A stretch of DNA of 59,007 nucleotides, the filler included, from Rhizaria sp. SCN 62-66 (lineage: Eukaryota), in the NCBI GenBank assembly GCA_001724265.1. It is 5 parts of 5 records of this genome, joined end to end, with 100 filler letters (N's around TTAATTAATTAA, not from the genome) between each part and the next. Parts side by side here need not be neighbours in the genome. Positions count along the whole stretch, not along the records: positions 48,772 to 59,007 come from MEDY01000559.1; 4 more parts are not named here. One strand, given 5' to 3'. Below the pieces are notes generated by a model, which was not told where the DNA came from, made no database searches, and was given only the letters and a program-made list of their open reading frames with translations. The translations under genes were made by a program, and so were the position numbers. The stretch's first letter is position 1, and each line of letters begins with the position of its first letter. Of this stretch, positions 50,854 to 59,007 are shown one piece after another.

Positions 50854-52851
50854 TGTGTGTGGTTGTATCTTGATCGTCAAGTCCTGTACCTGTGTAGCTC
50901 CGAAAAGTGGCAAACCTAAGAGTCGAAAGAAACTGTTTGAAAGAGGGAACTTAAACTAGGCATAGTGAGGTCATTTAAAGGCCTGTAGAAATAGAATACA
51001 TGTGTAATTGAAATTTCAATCTATGAAACTCGGCTATTTGCGAAAAAGTTACAAAGACGGATTCTGCGTCCTTCTATTTTCAAATGCAGAACGCGTAGTA
51101 ACGACTACGCAACAACAGTGAGCTACCACGGTCGAAGAGTGAAGTGACATCTAAAAAAAGTTTACCATGATGCCTAGGGTTCGTTGTAGTGCCTGATACT
51201 GTTGAGAGCACTTTTATTAAGGCTGATAATGCATATTTCAGTAACCGTGTATCTGGTGTGACTATTGGTGCGCCGCTGCCAGGCTCCGCATTTGCTCTTT
51301 GGTTTTTCGTGACGAAACTTGCCACTTGTCTTTAGTCGGACGTATACGCGTGAGCCATTGACAAATTGGCGTTGTAATAGTGAGAAGGTGGAATATATGA
51401 CTGTATATATCCTTATTGTGAGCTGATTTGGTGTTGGTACACGCCTTTCGTTACGTAGAGGTCGATCTGCTGTTGTCGAGTCACGAAGACAGTCTGACAT
51501 GTCGGACTCGTCCGAAACCGTCGCTTGACCAGCACCCATCAATACTTCGGATGCCCGACAACAGCCGCCGCTGTCTAATGGGCGTGTGTGGTCTTTTGAC
51601 GTCTTGTCTAAGTCATCTAGCTCTGCTGCTGCGCCGGCCACGTCGCCAGATGGTGGGTGATGCTGCAGTCGAGTGTTGAACAATGCGACTGAATCTGCGG
51701 TTATGTGTCGATGGTGGTGGAGATTAACGGGCCCCAACATTTGTTTATGCACTAGCTCGATATCTTGTTGCTGTTGGCAAAGAATGTGGTTATCTCCGAG
51801 AAGACGCGGCCGCGGTGACACGCCACGACAGTTACATGGTTGGTCAGCTCCTGCCCGTCACTTCGCACTTGCTCTCGCTCTTGCTGTCGTTAACTCAAAC
51901 GGCGGTATCACAACAACGCGGAGCATCGCGATTGTTCCGTTGACCCCAGTGCAAAACGCAATCATCGTGGGCCACAAAATGTGGGAATTACATGTCGCCA
52001 TGGCAGGTCTTCGGCATGGCAGGTGTCCGGACTGTTTTTATTCCTACCAACTCAAGTTTATGTACCTTTTTCATACTATCGTGCAACAACATATTCATGT
52101 ATGGTATCGCGTGTTTGTGTCTGTGAACACTGCTCTGCTTTGGCGGTTGTGGTGGACTTCACGACTGTAACTAAGTGTTAGTTGATTATGGTCGGATACT
52201 ATTTGAGCCAATAAACCACTCAATGTGAACATTTAGAGGCAATGTCCAGTCGAATGTAAAATATAGCATTTTTTGGATAGATTTACGTTGCTGGAAACGT
52301 CATCTCGCGCATTTCTGTCTTGAAAATCGGTCGTTTTGTGTGGATGAGTCGGTCGAGGACAACGATCTCGACAATCCACAAAAAAGCCTGGCCCCAGTCA
52401 ACCAAACAGCCATATCCAAGCAATCGTATTTTGGGTCGCAATGTCCGTGTCTAGACGACTCGTGTTTATTTTTGTAATTAAACTGGTGTTTTTGAGACAT
52501 TTAGTACTTGATGGACTCTATGTCGGTTTATACTATGCCTTATTCGCATTGGCGTGCTGCAGTGGTGCCCACACTCACGTCAGTGTCTATGCTTGTACTT
52601 AAAAACAGGATTGCACTGAATGACATCATATCGCTACCATTGCGCGTCCTCGGGTCTGTTCTATTGCATCAATTACATTTGACATGCTCACTTGTTTTGC
52701 ACTCATGTGTTCTTCCTTCATGGTGCCCCTACAGGTCGACCGCAGTCCAACCTGACGCATCCACCAAAAGCTAGCAGCGAACTAACCGTCGGATAGCCAC
52801 ATTATCTCACGCTTTTCTGCGGCATTGTGCACACCAAGCTTCGGAGCAACC

Positions 52852-55176
52852 ATGGAAGTTTGCGCCACAACCCATCAGACACATCAAACGCGGTCCACGC
52901 CGCGTGAATCGTCGTCGGCCGGTGCGCTCGGAGTCACGCCACGCTCGCTGCCGCTGATTGCACCGCTGCCGGGCGCGTCCGTATCGCTGATGCCCGTGCC
53001 CGTGTCCGCGACCCCCTCACTGCAGCTTGTTATTGGGTCCGCGCGCGGTTCCACCACCATTGGTCGCATGGAGCCCCGCCTGCCAGTGGCAGCGGCGTCA
53101 GTGGAGACCCTGGTCGCCTCCCCCGACCTCGCGCCTTTCGCGCCCGCCGCCGCCGCCGTCACCGCCAGCACCAGCGCTGTCAGCACCGTGAGCTCGGTGG
53201 GCACCCGCTCCTCGACCTCTGTGCGCTTTGCGCCGAGCGCCCAGCTGACGCCCGTCGCTGCGGGGCCCGCGTCGTCGCTGGCCCTGGGTCTGACCGCCTT
53301 CCACCGCGTCCCCGTGTCGGCCGCGCCCAGCGCCGTGGACAGCGCGGCGGCCGAGCTCGGCGGCGCGTGGCGGCCGTCGCTGTCACTTGCGCCCCCGTCG
53401 GCGGCAAGCTCACTCACGGGTCAGATGCAGCTCGCCACGGGAATCCCCCTCTCGCTATGCCCTCCGACGGCCGCCACCAGCGCCAGCAGCGTCAGCAGCA
53501 TCGGCTGCGCCGCGGGCCCCCCCGCCAGCAACAACACCGCTGGCGGCGGACGCCGTGAGTCGCTGGGCTTGCTGGGAATGTCGCTGGGCCGCGCGGGCCA
53601 CGCCAGTATTCTCTCTCCGTCGCTGATGGCGCCGCCGCAGGCGGCGCAGCTGTCCACCGCGGACGCCGGGTTCGGGCTCGGGGCCGGGGTCGGGGCCAGC
53701 GCCGCCGCCGCGGTTGCCAACGCCGCCGCTGCCGCCGCAGCCGCGTTCGCCAGCTCAACCGCGCTGGGCGTCTCGAGCCGTCTGCGGCCAGAGGTCCCCG
53801 ACTCTGCGGCAGCGGGTGGCGCCGATCCCACCGGCCGCACGGCCGCGCTGCGCCGGGGTGGCTCTCTGGGCAGCGCCTTCGGTGGCCCTCTTGGCGGGTC
53901 TCTCGGTGGCGCTTTGGGCAGCCCGCTTGGTAGCGCGCTGACCGGCTCTCCGCTGGGGCAAACTGTCGCCGGCGTTGCCCTAACGGCCATCACAGAGGCC
54001 GCCGCAACCGCAGCCGCCGCGGTTAATGCGGCGGCCGCGGCCGGGGTCGGGGCCGGGCACGACGGCGACGCGCACGACGGCGAAAGCGACCATCTTTACG
54101 TCTACGGCCACGGCTACGGTTACGGCCACGGCCAAGGCCGCCATCACGGTCACACTCACAATCCCGGTTTGGGCGCCCTGCTGCCGTCCCCGTAGCAGCC
54201 CGGCGCGGGGGCACACCAGCAGGCGCGCGGGAAGCGCGGCGTGTCGGGCAAGAAGATTGCGCCCAGCACGGCCCAGATTAAGGGCCACAGCGCCAACGGC
54301 GCCAAGTTGGGGCGGCCGCCTACTGACGACTCGCGGTATCTGGCATCGCTGCTGCTCACGCGTCTCAAGGTTGGCACGGGCAGCACGCAGTGGGGGCCAG
54401 CCAACGTCGATGCGATGTCGCGCAACTGCCCGTCGTACGGCCGGTCCTCGGTGATGGAGCGTGCGACCATGATCAAGCATGGCGTCGACGGTCCGCCCAC
54501 GGGCGGCGCCAAAGCGGGACGCAAAACGGACCCGCTGACGGCTAAGATCGCGAGTGAGGCTGAGAGGATGCTCGAGGCCGAGTACCCCCACGGACTTCAC
54601 GGCGACTCGTGCACTCTCGTCGACGCCACCGCCAAGAAGAACGCTAGCAAGGGCGAGGCTGGCGGCGCGGGCTCGGCGGCCGCGGCCGCGGGCGCGAGCG
54701 CGGATCCGGCCGCTGCAGGCGACAAAGAGGTGCTCAACACAGCAGAGTACGTCACGGAGGCGGACAAAGTGTCCGCCTCAGGTGACGCGATTAACTACTT
54801 GCAGGGCACGTACTCTGGTATTTACGAGCGCATTGACGACGCTCGCATCTGCGGCCAGGTGCCATTGCTTGCAACGCTTTTCCGGAGCTACCGGCGACGC
54901 TTTTTTTCCGGCGACGTCAATGGCGATGGCAACGGCTCTGCGAGCGGCGAGGACAGCGACGAGCTGGCGGCTGCGGGCGCCGGCGCGGCGTCGGGCCGTA
55001 TGACGCCGGCGCAGTTCAGCGCGCGCAAGAAGGCGCTGGCCAAGGAAGGGTCGGTCACAAAGCGCGCCAAGAAGGCCGCCAACGCGGCCGCCGTCGCCGC
55101 CGGGAGGGACGCGTACCGCGGCCTCGGCACCGATAGCGACGAAGATGACGGCGACAAAAGTGATGACGATGAGTGA
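52852..55176 (+). CDS. Hypothetical low-complexity protein; in-frame TAG at 54193-54195
   Basis: Same-frame ORFs 52825..54195 and 54241..55176 are joined through GC-rich coding-like sequence LLPSP*QPGAGAHQQ. Ends at TGA followed by AT-rich sequence. Confidence 0.7.
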
Positions 55177-56158
55177 ATCATACATGTGACGTGAGACGAG
55201 GACACACACCACTCGTGAACGCTGTGATGATGATTGGAAGAGGAATTTATATCGTAAAATTGCGCCTTTCAACGAGGTGGCGTGCACAATTTGAATCTTC
55301 GCCGTGTTGCGTATCATTAACCCTTTTTTTAAGACATGCCTTTATTGGTGGTTCTGTTTCAGATAGAACCTTAATGGGATGCCACGTGCGAATGGCCAGC
55401 GACACTTGTTTCGACACCATTAGATTACTAGTTACGCGGTGATACGAATTGTGCGGTGAGCGTTGTTGTCAAGTTGCTGTCGACTGCGTTGCAGCTTTAT
55501 ATCTACATATATATATCCCGGGTGCTTTTGACTCCTTAGCACCTATCATACTGACACTTGGAGTACATTGGACAAAGTATCTAAAGAACCACTGCGTTAT
55601 GTGAAGAGCAACTGAACTATGTTTGCCCACATGATGCCAATACGTACGGATAGAATATTATCAACATTAACAGTGACTCTTTCACGCTATTTTATAAATA
55701 CATCATCGAAAAACGTGATAAAAAGTGTGTTTGTGCAGTAGCTCAAGTAGCACACCCGCCTCCGACCTGTAGCGACACACAACACTTCACCATTATATTG
55801 GTCACGTCACTGGTCAATCCAGAGAATGGCCCCGTGGTGGAGCTCAGTCCTCATAAAATCAGTAGCTCTAATTGAGTGGGGACCGCGCCAAAGTGAATGT
55901 GTACAATGCCAACAATACTTTTTGTTTATTTTAATTTGATTTTATTCTCTAAGTACGCTCAATTACTCGTGTATCCCCGAGATCCATTGATTAAACTTTC
56001 ATGCTTTGAATCGCCAGAAAGGAGACAGACGTGTGATCAGTTATCCGTATTAACACGATGTTTTACAATGTATGTGTTCGGCATCAACACTTATTAATGT
56101 TCGTTTTGTATGTATATCCCTGATTATTCTTTCTTCAGAGCTTCTCCGATCAAGATCT

Positions 56159-56556
56159 ATGTCTTGGGCATGGAGCAACGGCTCCGCGCCTCCAGAAGCT
56201 CATCAAAACTCTTGCGATACGTGTGGGATTCCAATCTCAATCAACAGTCGCTGCATGGTATGCCTGCTTCAAAGCCTTGATGTTAGTGGTCAAGAATTTT
56301 ATGAAAACTGGTCTTATGTCGCGAACGGTCCTCCTCCGCCAGCTGATGAAGAGCAGCATACAGCATCAGCAGAGCACGATGACAACGCCTCCCAAGCAGT
56401 CCCGCAAATGAATTTCGTTGTCGATCATACCGCAGTCGACGAGCCTCGGGACAAAAACACATTCCGGGATGACAACCAGCACAGTGGGGACAACGAACGC
56501 GGATACGAGCGCGAATACGAGCGGGGGCACGAGCGCGGGCACGAGCGCGGGCACGA

Positions 56557-56601
<45 letters not shown>

Positions 56602-58765
56602 TGGGCGCGGGCGCGGACACAGGCGTGGCGGCGGTGGCCACAATCCAGCCGCGCGCGTTGCTAACAATGCCAACAACGTAGTCGAGGATTCTGAGGCTGT
56701 AGCACAGCTGCTTTCGCAGTATTTTCCTCAAACAGAAGTGACCCTGTCCGTCGCAGAACCGGTTCCTGACCCGATCGCAGTGGCAGTCGCGGCGGCAGCA
56801 GATCTGCAGACTGCGTCGGACGATAGCGCAGCACTGTTAGCGCTAAACCCTACACCAGACTCGCTTCCGTTTGCAGTGGCAGGCCTGTCTAAGGGGTTCC
56901 GGCGCCGCGATAGTTACCTGCGGCCGCTCGCTGCACAAGCCGTCGAAGAGCTCACGTACGCCAGCGCTGGCGTGCTGCCGCTCGCAACCCTGCCCAGAGT
57001 CGGTCTGTGCGCTCTCGTTGCGCTGGAAGTGCGCGAGGACGCGGACATGTACGATCGCTGGCGCAAAAAGAAGACCGGGGACGTGCTGATCGCGATGCTG
57101 GCGGGCGGCTGCCGAGAGCCCAGTGATCCCACGTCGCTGTACACGGCGCTGCGCAAGTTCAACGCGGAGACGGTAGACCTGCTGTCGCCGCACGTGCGCC
57201 GCGAAACTGGGCTTATGTCGGGTGGCGCGGCGTTTGCTGCGTCTGACGCGGTGCGCATGGCCGTGATGCGCGAGTACGTCCGCGCGAAGGGCGCTCCTAG
57301 ACCTGCTGCAGGGGGTAGCGCAGACGGTGCTGACGCTACTATCCCAACTACGGCGACCACAGACTGTGGCGACCGCGACGGCGCAGGCGATCAGAGTGAC
57401 CAGGAGAGCGGCAGCGAACGTGAAGGTGAGGGGGAGAGCGAGAGCGAGAGCGAGAGTGAAGAAGGCTGTGAAGGCTATTCCCGAGACGTAGAGGTTGAGT
57501 GTGCGGATGGAGGCAAGTCTAACTCTAAAAAAGGTCTGACGGCCGCTGCCGCGCAATCGCAAGATACGCCCCTTGTGTTGCGCGTAAGGACGCAGACGCA
57601 GTGGTTGACCCACATTGACAAGACACTGCCTCCTGAGCACGCAATGCTCACTATGGTCGACGCTGCTGACGCCCCTGTACGGCCCTTCTCTCCATATGCG
57701 TGGAGCTCGCGCGAGTTAAGCGCGGCAAACGCGCGCGCCGCGGCTGCCGCAGCGGGTCACGCTGTGGTGTGGCTCAAAGACATGAAGATGCTTGCGCACG
57801 TGATCGACATTGACCGCGGCTTTTCACCAGCTCCTTTTGCACCTGCGCTTGCTGGGGACGGCGCCGTTGAGGGCATTTACGGCGCCGCAAATGCAGCGGG
57901 AATTGACCCGGCCCTTGTGCCCGCGCTTGTCCCAGCCTTTGCGCAAATGGCGGCGGAGGCAACAGTGAGCGATTTGGGTCGGGCACTGGCGCGCGCGCGT
58001 GCAGAGGGTACAACGCTATCTCAAGATGCTGTTCCTGCAACTGTGTGGCCAGTGTGCGTGTCTGCGCAGGCACGTACACCAACTACCTGGCATCCTGTGA
58101 CGCCGCTTCCTCCGGGGCCGCAGCTGCGAACAGTGCTCACAAAAGCTCTGGCAGTGCAGCAGCGTGAAGCACCGCCACTGTCTGCGGTTCTCCGCGGGCT
58201 TCCTGTGCTTCACCGCGTTCTCCGCACACACGCAATGGCATCGCAGCAGCTGTTTCAAGACGTGGCAGATAACCCTTTTTGGGCTGTCAAGGGCCGGCCT
58301 GTGGCCGTGCGCTGGGTGCCTGTTGCCGCGTTGCTGGGTACCAGTGAGTGCATTTGCACCGCGGATAATATTGCGGGGCTCCCGCGTGTAAGTGCGCCGC
58401 CCGAAAGCAAACTGGTCATGTCCGATGCCGATGCAGTATTGCATCTTTGTCGCGATGGCAGGTATGAGGCAATGATCAATGATGCTGAGAATCACACCCT
58501 CTCGCAGACCAATGATGACCGCGCGCCTGCGGGCGAGGCGGATAACGCTGCCGTTAATAACGCACCTTTGGTCATTGAAAATGAGACCCAACAATTGATG
58601 GTGAAGGATGTGGACGGAAACGTACTGCGGCTGTCAACGTTGTTGCTGCGACAGTTGGCGCAGCGCGAGATGCGGGCTTACTTAATCGATCGCCTGCGCG
58701 CCGTGTCGCCAGATCTAGTGGTAGACGATAGCCCGGACACGCCCAGCCGGCCACAATAGTTCTAA
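56159..58765 (+). CDS. Hypothetical protein with NMD3-like N-terminal C4 zinc finger, RG repeats and a degenerate Nudix box; ends CAA TAG TTC TAA
   Basis: CDTCGIPISINSRCMVCLLQSLDVS; (ERGH)n(RG)n; SAGVLP...GGCREPSDPTSLYTALRKFNAET. If TAG is sense, the stop is TAA at 58763-58765. Confidence 0.7.
56495..56620 (+). repeat. Coding repeats (GAGCGCGGGCAC)n grading into (CGCGGG)n, encoding ERGH/RG
   Basis: Directly visible 12-mer and 6-mer arrays. Confidence 0.85.
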
Positions 58766-59007
58766 GAGCCGCGCGCACAGCGTGAAGGCAACGGGCAGCG
58801 TGCAGGACAAGACGCGGAGGAATCTGAAACAGTTTCGTAAAACATTTGCATCAAATATTTGCAGTAAAAGCCGAAATAACATGTATTGAATATATTACAA
58901 GCGACAAAATATCCGAACCGCGGGACAAAATATCCGTACTCTGGTCTGATTGTCTTCAGTGCGCAAAAATGTTTAAGTATGTTTCTGAAAGTGAACTTCG
59001 TTCGATT

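Noticed and set aside
51174-52170. ORFs 51174..51821 (-) and 51673..52170 (+)
   Set aside because: Lower GC, non-ATG starts and no recognisable motifs; at most a decayed fragment.
14138-54600. Many long overlapping or antisense ORFs in the ORF track
   Set aside because: Shadow ORFs expected from GC-rich, codon-biased genes; no recognisable motifs.
3-55176. TAG-containing genes as pseudogenes
   Set aside because: Catalytic motifs and splice sites are intact, and those genes carry no TAA/TGA or frameshift lesions.
558-58759. Pyrrolysine, UAG-to-UGG editing or motif-driven readthrough
   Set aside because: Pyrrolysine is not known in eukaryotes and no pyl genes are present; Trp fits the contexts poorly; there is no shared downstream motif; and none of these explains the absence of TAG at gene ends.
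58903-58936. Direct repeat GACAAAATATCCG x2
   Set aside because: Only two short copies in 3' flanking DNA; not an array, CRISPR or transposon end.
1-59007. Suppressor tRNA(CUA), rRNA, CRISPR array or transposase
   Set aside because: None recognised by eye; tRNAscan-SE on the full assembly is needed to find the predicted tRNA.

Overview
This is eukaryotic (protist-like) nuclear DNA: five contigs joined by artificial N-spacers carrying TTAATTAATTAA, so neighbourhoods across the gaps are not biological. Genes are GC-rich, intron-poor and padded with long low-complexity insertions; intergenic DNA and GT-AG introns are AT-richer. About 14 genes are supported: a Ser/Thr kinase, a very large UPF1-like SF1 helicase, RPS15, a coiled-coil/FN3/Kelch protein, a GPR107-like 7TM protein, a Stealth/GNPTAB-like phosphotransferase, the RPL21 3' end, BCP1/BCCIP, a giant Sushi/EGF/IPT multi-pass membrane protein, an NMD3-like-finger/degenerate Nudix protein and four unknown proteins. 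The main result is evidence for a non-standard nuclear genetic code. Nine internal in-frame TAG codons (plus one near-terminal) interrupt otherwise intact genes on four of the five contigs, two of them inside catalytic cores, while all ten unambiguous gene ends are TAA or TGA. UAG therefore appears to be a sense codon uncoupled from UAA. Context (a coiled-coil heptad position and an LPxEL motif) favours Leu, but Gln is not excluded. All product calls are from motif recognition by eye; no database searches were run.
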